From NCBI RefSeq assembly GCF_902652985.1, contig NC_047029.1, forward strand, positions 30,938,001 through 31,002,000: a stretch of 64,000 nt of DNA. Reading direction: 5' to 3'. The notes below the pieces were generated by a model. That model ran no database searches. It saw only the letters and a program-made list of their open reading frames with translations, and was not told where the DNA came from. Position 1 is the first letter of the stretch. Every line of letters starts with the position of its first letter. Made by a program: the position numbers and the translations under genes. This document shows positions 36,136 to 48,554 of this stretch, piece by piece. Origin of the DNA: Pecten maximus (taxonomy: Eukaryota).

Positions 36136-37379
36136 GGAGTTGGAGATTAAATGATTTAACTAAACAATCCTAGCTAGCCTTCTCTGATAATTTAATAAAA
36201 TGGTATTCAGCACAAGTTTTAGACATGCTGTGTCTATTACTAGATTCACAATGTAAACTATGTATTTTAAAACAATTGCAAAACAAGCTTTATCAACTTA
36301 TATAAATCACACTTTCGAATGGATGCACGGAGGGGTCTTACAGTGGTAGGAAACTGGAGTACCACCAGAAAACTAAGTGGTTGGTCAGGTGACCCCGTAC
36401 CTGATGTCCCATTGGGAAATCAAACCATGGTTGCCTAGGATCAGTTAGATTCTTTTTTCTTTTCCTTTTGGGTCACCTGAGCAAAGCCCCATTACTTTTT
36501 CCAAACCTGCTTTGTCCATTGTCGTGCATTTTTGTTCATCAGTTAACATTTTCACATTTTCAACTTCTCAAAACTCCTGAGCTATATTGTACGTAAAAGT
36601 AACGACTCCCTACTAAATCTAACCATTAGTTTATTTAGATCCTTCTAGCGTTCCATACGTGTGGTCCCTGGAATCACCAACAGTCAAATTATGACAAAAC
36701 ATTATGATGTAGGTCATATATCAATTTTCTAAAATGTGGTATTCACTTGTCTGAGAATTCTTCTAAAGCAAAGCACAAAAATACACGCATGGATAACCAT
36801 GCATAACTTTGGGAAGTACAAAAAACATAGGACCAAGAGTTCCTAGTGGGGTAGCGTCTTTTGGCTCATTGCTCAAAGTCTGAGAGTAAACCAAATGACT
36901 TAATGGATAGTTATGAAAGTGAGAAACATAGTAATGGTGAATTCTAATCAACAAAGTACTCTTATTGAAATACATTGTAGGATATATTTTTGATGAGAGT
37001 TCTTCCAGTGTCGTATATATAAAAGGTACACCATTTGTCCTTCCTAAGACGTCGCGTCTCGTGGCTTTCTTTTGTCTTCCTTCGGACGAGTTTGTTCCGA
37101 AATCTTGGTATTGTGTTTAGTGACGTCCATTCTCGTAACAAATCGTTTGTCAATTCATCTTTCATGGTAACACAATATGGCATTATGCCAAGTCTTTCAT
37201 AATAACTTTTTTTTTAAACTTCTTTCCAAAAAGTGTCCATGTTTTTAGTTCATTGCACAAAAGTAAAAGTTGGGAATTTTACGACGTATGGAATTATAAA
37301 TGAATTAAGATTGTTATTTAATAATATGATGAAATGCTGTATTATAATGTTTTTGATGGAGTCTATATCATAGACAGTT

Positions 37380-37529
37380 CGAAACCTACGTGGGGCAGTT
37401 GCCAGGTACTGACTGTAGGCCGGTGGTTTTTTCTCCGGGTACTCCGGCTTTCCTCCACCTCCAAAATCTGACACGTCCTTAAATGACCCTGACTGTTAAT
37501 AGGACGTTAAACAAAAACAAACAAACAAA
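37380..37529 (+). mobile_element. 5'-truncated SINE copy with 13-bp TSD
   Basis: Begins within the B box and ends in (AAAC)n; TSD ATCATAGACAGTT at 37367-37379 and 37530-37542. Confidence 0.9.
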
Positions 37530-37735
37530 ATCATAGACAGTTACTATCTTGCAACTGGGGAAAGATGGGGGTAATATTGGGAAAGTTCAATTGGGGAGAA
37601 CACCGGTACCCAAACCCGACAGTAAAACATGACAGATGATCATGTATTTGATGTCCTATCATTCGTTTTCTCAAGATGTATTAGATTCATCAGCACCTTC
37701 ACTGTCTCTCTTAAAGGATTTTATTTTCTTAACCC

Positions 37736-38511
37736 GTTGATGACAATGTGTTGTATGTTAAATGTAGGATCTCATTGTTGATGACAATGTGTTGTATGTA
37801 TAATGTAGGATCTCATTGTTGATGACAATGTATTGTATGTTAAATGTAGGATCTCATTGTTGGTGACAATGTGTTGTATGTTAAATGTAGGATCTCATTG
37901 TTGATGACAATGTGTTGTTTGTTAAATGTAGGATCTCATTGTTGATGACAATGTGTTGTATGTTAAATGTAGGATCTCATTGTTGATGACAATGTATTGT
38001 ATGTTTAATGTAGGATCTCATTGTTGATGACAATGTGTTGTATGTTAAATGTAGGATCTCATTGTTGATGACAATGTGTTGTTTGTTAAATGTAGGATCT
38101 CATTGTTGGTGACAATGTGTTGTATGTTAAATGTAGGATCTCATTGTTGATGACAATGTGTTGTATGTTAAATGTAGGATCTCATTGTTGATGACAATGT
38201 GTTGTTTGTTAAATGTAGGATCTCATTGTTGATGACAATGTGTTGTATGTTAAATGTAGGATCTCATTGTTGATGACAATGTATTGTATGTTAAATGTAG
38301 GATCTCATTGTTGGTGACAATGTGTTGTATGTTAAATATAGGATCTCATTGTTGATGACAATGTGTTGTTTGTTAAATGTAGGATCTCATTGTTGATGAC
38401 AATGTATTGTATGTTAAATGTAGGATCTCATTGTTGATGACAATGTATTGTATGTTTAATGTAGGATCTCATTGTTGATGACAATGTGTTGTATGTTTAA
38501 TGTAGGATCTC
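37736..38511. repeat. 41-bp minisatellite (TTGATGACAATGTGTTGTATGTTAAATGTAGGATCTCATTG), ~19 near-identical copies
   Basis: Direct periodicity of 41. Confidence 0.95.
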
Positions 38512-39791
38512 GGTGATTAGTGTGATAGAGTGCTCCTTACCAATATTAGCTGCAGTATTACTTCTGACTTTCTCCAATACTTGAATAATGGTAATGATTA
38601 ATATGACTCGGATAACGTACATTTAATCTTGACATGGGGTATATATAGGCAGAGCTCACTCTGGCCCCGACACCAGATTCAAACATGTTGACCACAAATC
38701 TAGCTATCAGATTGTTCAAGTCTGGTATCTGGGCCAGAGGAAACTCGGACTAGGGTTTATAATACTGCTTGGTAAGTAAGCATTCGAAATTCTCGTTTGA
38801 GTCATTGATGAAAGTTTATCACAAAAAAATTTACCACGAATATCGCACCGAGAACGGAGTACACATTTCACCTCGTGAATATGTCCTCCGGGAACTCTAC
38901 TTTCTCCCATGCATATAGAGGTGTGGACTGAACTGAATGGCAATTAATGGAAACGTGATATTTTGATATACCTTTACGTAAGAAATGTCTGAAAAGTTAT
39001 TGTTTTTAAAAAAAAAAGTACACGTTTAAATTCGAACAGTTATTCAACGGACAAAATACAAAAGAATTAGAAATAATTAGCCATATACATCAAAGCGGCT
39101 AATGAAAAAGAACTTTATGAACTTTATGAACTTAATTAATTATGACCTCCGAGAGAAGTGTGTTTGTACGTATTTATTATTTTTTTAATTTCATGAATAT
39201 GTGTATATCACGTATATTTATGATACCGATGAGTAGGAAGTTAATTAAGAACTGAAATAATAACACAAGGATATAAAATCTACATACAAGCTAATTGTGT
39301 GAAATAACGATTTATTTCAAATAAGAAATCTTTATTATTCCACATGATGACAAGATATACAGATGGACAACATATAAAACGAAATCTAATTTCAAAAACA
39401 TACATTTCTCACACGAAAGAAAAAAGATCTAAAATTTGAGTTTGTATCAAAGGTATGTGAGTGACTGATGACCTGAAATATAATCAATGTGGCTATTATA
39501 TGTTAATATACTAATCAAAAATATTCCAAGTCTATGTATGTTCCTTAATTGGTTTCTACTAAAATATTTTCCCCCGCAGACTCTCATTATTATCAGAGAC
39601 TTATATACAAAATTAATATAGGTCTCTGTTATTACCTGTGAGTACACAGGGGGAAATAATATAAATTAGATGTGGTCTTATTTAACAATGACTGACAATT
39701 GATCATAAACATAAAAATAAATACTAATTTTGTTATATTTGTTCAAATGAAAATGAAAAAAAAATCATTGTAAATCAAAGATAGACTTCAT

Positions 39792-40204
39792 TAGGGACGT
39801 ATTATATAACTGCCATCCAAGAAAAAACTATACACACTAATTCGGCATGTTGAAATCAGAAACTTTAATTTTGCAACTTTTTATTAGATGACGTTTCAGG
39901 GAGGGTCAAGGAAGAGACCTATTTTCCAAAATAAATGTGTAGAATTAGTTTTTAGATTAAACCATAACATCACATCCTATTAATGATCTCTTCAAAAAAG
40001 GTTATTTTATAATAAATATGCTCCCACTTTAACGAAATTTCCAAAAAGACATGATTTGGCAAAAAGAAATGGAGCATTTTGAGTGTTAGTAGATCGTCAA
40101 TATCCGTATCGAATATCACTTCGATTCATATGTCGAATTTACTGAATTTCAAAATTGTGTCGAGGAACTGATGGATGGCAGTATACGTTTATATAAGTGT
40201 CCCT
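39792..40204. mobile_element. MITE with imperfect terminal inverted repeats
   Basis: AGGGACGTATTATATAACTGCCATCCA pairs with TGGATGGCAGTATA..TATATAAGTGTCCCT. Confidence 0.55.
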
Positions 40205-41437
40205 GTCTTTCCTTAGGAACTAGCATTAAGGATATATGCTACCTTACACTTGATACAGTAAGTTATCTCCCCTATATTTCAATTATTATTCTCAGCAAAT
40301 TTGAATAATTACGAGAATGATACCAGCATGTTCGACGAAGTTATCGTTCAAGATGCTTTTATAAGAATTTGTTATAGTAGTTTTATCGCCCCTTACATCG
40401 TAGTTGGATTAAATCCACTATTGTTTGGGGTTGTATTCCTGAAAAGAAACCCAACATAAATCGGTAATAAAAGCACACTCATTTGTTTAAATTTCATTCC
40501 GTTTACGACAGCATAGGCCGAGCCCCCATGAAATCTCTACAAATTGTTGTATACTTTGAAGGATTGATAACTAATTATAAGGTAGCATATAGCCTTAACT
40601 ACACACCGCTTAATGACTGGCCACGTGAACACCTCCACCAGGAATTCATGTTTTGTTCAAAATGGCCATGCCATGATAATCATGAAAAAATATTCATGTT
40701 TGGAGTAGCCTTGATAATATCATACATAAAATTCTGACGTACAACCAAGTTGTGATGATATATAAAGACCAGATTCCAAGCACTAGTTTAAAGACAATTG
40801 TGTCCCTAATATGGATCAATTTGAAAATAAATAATATCCGTGTTTTCCATACAACCATGGAACCTACATAAACATCTTATTTGATTTTAATGTTTTATTA
40901 TTGAAGACAAAAACATTAATTGTGTCAAAACTAAATTTAAACGATCTTATGCTTTACCAGAGACCTATATTAATAGTCTCTGGTTTTACTATGTGCATAC
41001 AGTATTCTTTTACCAGTTTATAAAACATTTTTATACAAATCATGATTAAACACCAAACTAAAGAGTGCGTTTTGAAACAATAGGTTGGTGATTTCTTTCT
41101 TATAGAAATACTGAGTAAAACTCATCCAATATCTAAAGTTTACATAAATATTCAGATCTATTTGAAATCTTTTCAGCGTAAGCAAAAAGTCAGTTTAATT
41201 TAATTCATTTCTAATGATTTCGCAATGGATAATTCATTCTAAAATCAGAAACATTTGTAGTGTATTAGGTTTCTGCTGAAGTTAAACATTAAATACGTCA
41301 TTTATGTTTGTGTCAAGTTGGAAACTGTCGTTGATGACCAACTCGGCGCCATGTTGCATTTCCAGTGATCTGTTTGAGCTTCAATATGTTAAACACGTGG
41401 ATAAAGGCTAAAAGAAAATTTCATCTGTCGAAAAAAT

Positions 41438-44400
41438 CTACAAAGCAATGTATCCAAGATACATCACTAAGCTAACCACACCCCACATCACACTGTTAAT
41501 GGATGCCGCCGATTTCCCATCATGCTTTAGGCCCAGTGTCATGTGATCGTGACTTCCGTTTTCGTGTGTGACTTTATTCAGTTTCTTACTGACGCCGTCT
41601 GTAGTATGTTCATCTTCATCCAATATCATCCAAATCTCATCTCCGATCTCGCTGCCTGACGTCGACAAATCAGCGATATTTGGCAATGACGTTGTTTTGT
41701 ACGTCACAATTTCGCCACGAATCTTTGCTGTTACGTAAGCAATCCTGTACGTTGATGTTCGGGGGTCAAAACTGTTTTCGTCATACTTGACCTGTCATTA
41801 AGGAAGATCGTTAAAAGATATATGTATAATGTACAGAGCTGTACCATCATGTCATAAAATGACATTGTCAAAACTAGATTCTTCTATAAAAATTGACAAG
41901 CGTCATTATAACAGATTCTTATTGCAGGATGCGCTAATTTAAGTAACGAATTCGGACCTGTACGTTTCAAACCTCCCGCAAAAATACAGATAATTTTTGC
42001 TTCAAACATTTTGAAAAACCTCGAAAATTTGAACCACCAAAATAAAGAAGAATCACAGTATCCCCCGCCAATGCAGAGTAGCATGATTATGAGTGTAGGG
42101 CTTTACCTTGAGGACAACCATGCCGGTCTTGATATGCTTTGAGTACGTCATCAGATAGTCAGCTGCCTTGATGTCTATTCGCTTGATGGCCAGCATCATC
42201 CGCAAAGAGTCCTTTCCACATGCTGAAAACATACAGAATGTACGCGCGTGCTTTATACATACCTATGTGGTTGTGTGTACTTTATATGGAAAATTATATA
42301 GAGACAGTATGCATGTACAGACACATTCGACGTGCAAAGCACGAACAAAAATGTTACTTCAAATATGGTCGCTTACTGGGTAAATTCTTATATATCTTAG
42401 ACTTTGCGCCATGATGTTGTTAAATCTATGTCTTAAACTCTTTTTAAGAACTGTAGATGACACTAATCAAATTCACTTCCGGTACTTACATTCCTTCAGG
42501 ATCGCGGTGTCGTCCATGCAGGCGGCGCACTGGAAGTGGAAAGCCTTGCATGCCCCTTGTGGATCACGTGATACTTCCTTACAATCCACTGTGCTTCTCT
42601 TGAGCCTTGTGAACCCGCCACTACTGACGAAGATACCTTGAGCTCCCCCGTTGGAATTCCCGCCTAATCGGATATGCTTTACCACCCACCTACTGCGCGT
42701 GCGTTGTGGCTTCGAGCCCGGCTCCGACATATCCTCAGAAACAGGGATTTGACCGTCCGGGCTGTCAACCCAGGTCCGGACTGGTACCGGAATGGGTTGA
42801 TCTGTTCAAAAATAAATGTATTACATGGATGTAGATATGTTTTGATACCGACTTTAGTACCTGCCTGTATAACAGCCATAACTATCGCTTACTTGTGAGG
42901 TATACGTCTGTCATTTTCTCATAATCTTCCACTGTCTCATGAACTACAATGTCAGGACTAACCAATGCACTACAATATCTTGTAATTACCATGAACTCTG
43001 GTAATTATTCCCGAATTATAATATCTAAAACATATATACGCATGATCTCCAATGTATTCTACTTACTCATGAGTTCCCCGAGGTGGTCCATGGCGTTTGA
43101 GACAAAGCTTCCCATCACTGACGTCAGCTGCTGCATCTTCTTGTTCACCTGCGTCATGATGGTAGGCATCTGTTCCATGACGGACGTTACGGCCTGGTCA
43201 ATGTTCTTGTCGGTGATCACGTTGGATATAGAATCCGCCGCCTTGTCGGCTACGCCCATCAATGACTCTACGTCAATGTCGTTGCTTACACTCTCGATAG
43301 CTCCACGCACTCGCGGAATTAATCCCGGAAGTTCATGTACGGTGTTCTTAAGATTCTCCTGAAATGTACATAATATTGATGAAGGAAGATTAAGATTTAC
43401 AACTCTTTTTTTTTTAAAGGAGTACATCGGATTATATCGTCTTTTGTGCCTAAATTCGTAATTTCCGGAAAGATCCTCTGCTACAAAAGCAGAAAAATAT
43501 AAGCATTAAAATATGTCACCCTTCCAATTCGTTAAATGTCATCTTACGCGACGTTTTTTTGTTCATCTCTTCGAACGAACACGATTTATTGATCGAACTT
43601 AAACGAGACACTGTTTTGTCGCCACACCACAATGGCACGTTAAAAAAAACATAGGGACTGTTTGATCCCTTTACTGTATGTCCTTTCAACAGATGTACCG
43701 TATGTGATATACCTGAAGTTTATGGAGCTTGCCCTCTGCCTTGTGTAGGAACTGTTCCCCTTGTGAGCGGAGTGTTGACGGTACGTCCGCTAAGATGTCC
43801 TCCTCCGCGTTCTTTGTGAAACCCTCAAGACCCATCTCTACTGGTAACGGTGACGTTAGGAATTGTACCCCAGGAATTTCGTCATCCGGGTTATTTTTCT
43901 GTGTGATGCGGTTACTTGTGCTGTCCACAGAAATCGTCTCTATGGCAGCCACATCCAGTCTACATTCCATGGCGCTAAAGGCAACAACGTTCAAGGTATG
44001 TCATTTCATTGTAGTGATGGTTATTTTACTTCCCTGTACCAGAACATGTACAAAGTTGTCATACGAGAATCATTCTATCAGATTTAAATCGTATACGGAT
44101 GTGATGAATTCCAAACACGGATGTGATGAATTCCAAACACACGAGTTTATAATATAGAAAATTATATTCTATATTTTTCTCTCACCTTTGTCAGACAGGT
44201 TTTCCAAGGTAAAATATGACTCGCGTAAACTGTAACACTAATGCAGACATAGTTCAACTTAACGAATTACCAATCTCGGATTAAATACCTAAAGCGTCTA
44301 TCAAAGTCGTCAAATAATTACACTGCTACATCACAATAATACGCTTTTGGCAAGAAACACATGCAGATGACTTTGACCTTGACCTTACCGTTTCTCGCAC

Positions 44401-45981
44401 GCTTCCGTAACACACAGCTGACACGCGTCTGTCTTTGACGTGGCATTGTAGAAACAAGCCTTTACGTAATCCACCATTTTCGCTCTCGCAGACTCCAATC
44501 GAGTGACAGAGTCGGTGAGACGCTCCACGAGTCGTCCTTTGGCCGCAACATTCAGGACTGTCATGACATTCAGAGAAAAAAAAAATATCTTTGAAAAAAG
44601 ATAAACGGCATAGTTTTAATTTCATTTCAACATATTTTATTGGAAATCAAATGGATTGAACATCAGGCTAAGCCTATATTAAAGTTCTCTCCATAACATA
44701 TTACATTTATTTCAAATAATTAGTATCTGGTTATTAGTCAAGAATGGAAATTACAGTATATATATAGAAAGAGTATTTGTGAATGATATATAATGATAAT
44801 CTTATGTATTTTCTTTTCTTTATAATAATTTTCAAATCATTGTTAAATATGTATGAGAACTACGAGTTTCAGACTATAATGCATAGTTATAATGCTGGTC
44901 GTTATAATGTAAAACTGCTGGTGAAATAAATTAACGAACTAATGCGTTTCAGCACGGATAACAAAATTATATCAGTTTGAATCATTTTTGGTGATATCTT
45001 AACTTTGTTTCGTTTTTATGCATTTGCATTTCCCGCTACATTGACTAATCACATACTCCACCTGTTGCGTCATATCCGGGGTCAAAAGAATATTATACGG
45101 CTATGCCGAAAAATAATTTTAAAGAAGATGATCTCTACAAATATAACCAATACCTAGAATATCAATTCTTAAAAGCATATTGTTATGCTTCTTTAATTTG
45201 GTATCCGACTCTGTTTCAAAAGAATTTAACAATCGAAAAAACAAGCAATATACTTATGCGTTATCATATGCTGGACAATTAGAAAGTGGTATTGGTAGTT
45301 GTTTTGACCTTCGGTTTCGGTTTCTAACGGTACTGTCGAAATACAGTCCCATAACAGACCAAATACAAATACAACTCCAGCGTACAGCTGGAAGGGCGAA
45401 AGAATTGTACCCGCTGCACCTATTGCATGATCGTTAAAATGCAGCTGTATTTGAGACATAGTCTTTTTTCTTTCTTTTTTTTTCTAAAAAAAAACTTCAT
45501 TCTTTCTTATGTCTCCCTAGCTTAATACTACCTCACTTTTAGCCTTAAGTTGAGCGTTCACCACTGTGAGGAAGGTTTTTGGTTGTGTCCCCTGGCCGAA
45601 GACCTACGCGAATCTATGACATTAGTAGTTGCTTCTCTGCTTTCGTCAGCTGAAAGACCGTAAGGCTGTCATAGCAGAAGTAAACCCCGTTAAGTAAATA
45701 GATACTCCTGCTTAGCGCTCAGCATTTTAAAAGACTGGTTCGCCCGTTGTCTGTATAATATGACCGGGTGGAGTGCCCTGCTAGGTGCCTTCGGCAGTAT
45801 GCTTCAGTGAGGTAGCACTATAAAGTCGGATGACCGCTTAGACCTGTGGACCTCTTGTTTCTACACACTGGTACTTACGGAGAATGTTGTCGGTATCGAG
45901 CTCTCGGAAGGTATATTCAGATGAACATCCGGGTCCCGTCAACAAGAAAATTGCTGTGGCAACCAACACGGTGTTCCACAT
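41438..45981 (-). CDS. Uncharacterised 535-aa secreted, probably GPI-anchored proprotein (signal peptide, two 5-Cys clusters, amphipathic helical middle, RLKR furin site)
   Basis: Exons 45981-45879, 44557-44389, 43974-43713, 43358-43067, 42801-42490, 42222-42107 and 41791-41438, all GT-AG and phase-consistent (1608 nt). N-terminus MWNTVLVATAIFLLTGPGCSS; hydrophobic C-terminus VMWGVVSLVMYLGYIAL*. Confidence 0.85.
44621..44880 (-). mobile_element. LINE 3'-end fragment inserted into another dispersed repeat
   Basis: Minus strand ends ...GGAGAGAAC..GATGTTCAATCC..AATAAAATATGTTGAAATGAA, resembling the LINE tail at 19205-19285; flanked by GCATAGTT(T/A)TAAT duplication; the host repeat is uninterrupted at 21160-21320. 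Confidence 0.6.
45540..45830 (+). mobile_element. Degenerate tRNA-derived SINE of a second family
   Basis: Decayed tRNA-like head followed by body ..CCTGCTTAGCGCTCAGCAT..GACTGGTTCGCCCGTTGTC..GCTTCAGTGAGGTAGCACTATAAA; recognised by pattern only. Confidence 0.5.
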
Positions 45982-46499
45982 CTAAAACAGAAACATACAT
46001 TTAATTTACACATATTTCTTTATACTAGAATAATTACGTCCAATTGCGACGCTATATACCCATTGTCATTTTATTTTGCAGGACATGTATTATTGTGCCA
46101 CTATCGTGACGTCATAAATGCATGATATTGCGTCTTTTCGTCAATCGTAGCCGTGTGGAGGAGTTCGGGCATTGAGAATAAATTTAAATAATTCACTTGA
46201 ATAATGAACACTGTTTATTAAAAACATTTGTATAACATGATATACTGAAGGGATAAAGAAACGCTTTACAAAATTCTGATTTCTTTGGTACACAATTCAA
46301 ATGCATTAATGTCGTAAGACAAACTGCCGATGCCGACAGTTTTCTCGGGCCCAGTCTCAAGGATCAATTGACAATTTCTGTGAGCAACATTTCATGTACG
46401 TCCGTCTTGGTTTTCCATATTTTAAATGCAAAGGGATTAACCTTAAAAAATGCCACGACTTTCGAAAATTAAGAGGGTCCGTGCGATTACAAGTCTTAC

Positions 46500-47090
46500 G
46501 AAGGTAGTAAGGTACCGCGCAAGATCAGGTTTCAAATCAATTTGGTGTCCACTCATCGATCATCTTACGTCTTGTCCGGAGACTCCATGACACAGGGAGG
46601 GTTACAGACAGTCCGCGGACCGGTCGGCCTCGTGTAACGACGCGTCGGCAGGATCTGGCAAATTTACTGCGCAGCGACGCGCCATACATTAAATCGCATC
46701 TCGGTGCAAACGTTTGAGAGTCAAGGTTCTCGTCGAGCAGACGACCGATGTTTGTGTATATAGACGTGTCCACGAGCGCTATGTGAGATGCTGGAATGGG
46801 AGGGCATTTCACTTGGTTTCAAGACTTCCCTACTCTATATTCAAGAAAATCACAGCCGCCCGTCATAGAGATCAACTTCTAGCGCCACATGTTAACGTTC
46901 CAGCAGGACAACGCCCGGCCGCATGTAGCGAGAGTTTGTCGTGATTATCTCATATTAAACACTTTATCCCCGCCCTAGCCTGACAGCCATACCGCCCTGA
47001 CCTATCAATAGACCATTTACGGGACGAGTTGGACAGACGGACGGAGGCAGAACCCTCCAATCAACGTTGCTTAGTGGACGTTGGCACTGG
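46500..47090 (+). pseudogene. Degenerate Tc1/mariner (Tc1-like DD34E) transposase remnant
   Basis: Fragments across frames: TGRVTDSPRTGRPRVTTRRQD, ESRF, VYRR..ERY, FQQDNARPHVARVCRDYL, PDLS.IDHLRDELDRR. Confidence 0.85.
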
Positions 47091-47139
47091 ATTAGGATCA
47101 TGACCTCGGTAATGGGAGATACTGGCCACGTAACTATGA

Positions 47140-47810
47140 CAGAACATCGTCACCCGCTAAACGGGGACACCACGTGACAACGTAAAGACACTGTCATCCG
47201 CCAAACAGGTTCACCACGTGACAACGTAAAGACACTGTCACCCGCTAAACAGGGTCACCACGTGACAACGTACAATGTAAAGACAATGTCACTCGCTAAA
47301 CGGGGACACCACGTGACAACGGGAACTCTGTCACCCGATAAAGAGAATATCACGTGATAACAGGGACTCAACCGCCCGATAAAGAGGATACCACGTGATA
47401 ACGGGGACTCTGTCACCCGATAAAGAGGATACCACGTGATAACGGGGACTCTGTCACCCGATAAAGAGGATACCACGTGATAACGGGGACTCTGTCACTC
47501 GATAAAGAGGATACCACGTGATAACGGGGACTCTGTCACTCGATAAAGAGTATACCACGTGATAACGGGGCCTCTGTCACTCGATAAAGAGGACACCACG
47601 TGATAACGGGGACTCTGTCACTCGATAAAGAGGATACCACGTGATAGCTGGGATTCTGTCACCCGATAAAGAGATACCACGTGATAGCTGGGATTATGTC
47701 ACCCGATAAAGATGATACCACGTGATAACCACATAATGAGGGGGAAATCTTAAGGAAAAGAATATGGGGTGGGGGGTGGCTTTCACCTGATATTGACGAA
47801 ACCACGTGAT
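47140..47810. repeat. 41-bp minisatellite (CCACGTGATAACGGGGACTCTGTCACCCGATAAAGAGGATA) carrying ~15 CACGTG E-boxes
   Basis: Direct periodicity of 41; CACGTG in nearly every unit. Confidence 0.9.
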
Positions 47811-48493
47811 AAGGTATCCGTTACCCATTCTGAGGGACTAACATCCGATAAACGAGGGTTATAATAAGGTAGGTATGAGGACAAGAGGCAATGTCTATAC
47901 AGTAAATACGAGTACATATCATAACTTTAGTACATGCGTTTTAACAGTATGTATTTATACGTTAAAACATAAGTCACTTAGAGACACGAAGCCAGTACCG
48001 GGTATATCTGCAGGCTTGACATGGCCATACCTATGAATCAGAGACTACCCACAGGCACCTTCCGTGTTTGGTCTTTACGTCCGCCTTCTCATGTTTACCT
48101 TATTTATTTTACTTTATTTCATACATTTACAAAGCAATACTCGGACCCCCATTAACTTCATTTCAAAAATATATTCAACCATTTTAAAGAAAAGAATTGG
48201 TTTAACTCTAAATATTTGTAAAACCTTTGCAAACATGTGATGACTGCCTATAGGCATATAACACAACATTAAAGTATTAAACCTTTCGCTGTTTTCATGT
48301 AAAATAAGGTACACATAATTTCGATATGTACGCCATCGATTTTTGGTTAAAAACAAAAATAGTTATGAATATTTTCTTTCTTTTTAGATTTGGAACAAAT
48401 TCCATTACATTTGAAACTGGTTTGGTATGCAATGTGTGAAACTCTACAGAATGAGTTATTATCAGTATAATGTATTATATTATCCAGACTTAC

Positions 48494-48554
48494 CGTGACG
48501 ATTTTTGTGTATAATCCCAGTAAACCAAAACAGATATCGCCGATAATGTTTATA
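48494..48554 (-). promoter_or_regulatory. Putative TATA box and short non-coding first exon of the 535-aa secreted-protein gene
   Basis: TATAAA at 48554-48549 and ACG|GTAAGT donor at 48494/48493; the ATG at 45981 directly follows an acceptor, so an upstream exon is expected. Confidence 0.5.

Noticed and set aside
36763-37240. Minus-strand ORF fragments that might be a decayed transposon gene
   Set aside because: No diagnostic motif could be identified by eye
37736-38511. Regular repeat arrays resembling CRISPR (also 47140-47810 and 49886-50614)
   Set aside because: Head-to-tail units with no unique spacers, no cas genes, eukaryotic context
44326-44625. Cys-rich 99-aa ORF
   Set aside because: Wrong frame; splice phases place exon 44557-44389 in another frame (LNVAAKGRLVER...)
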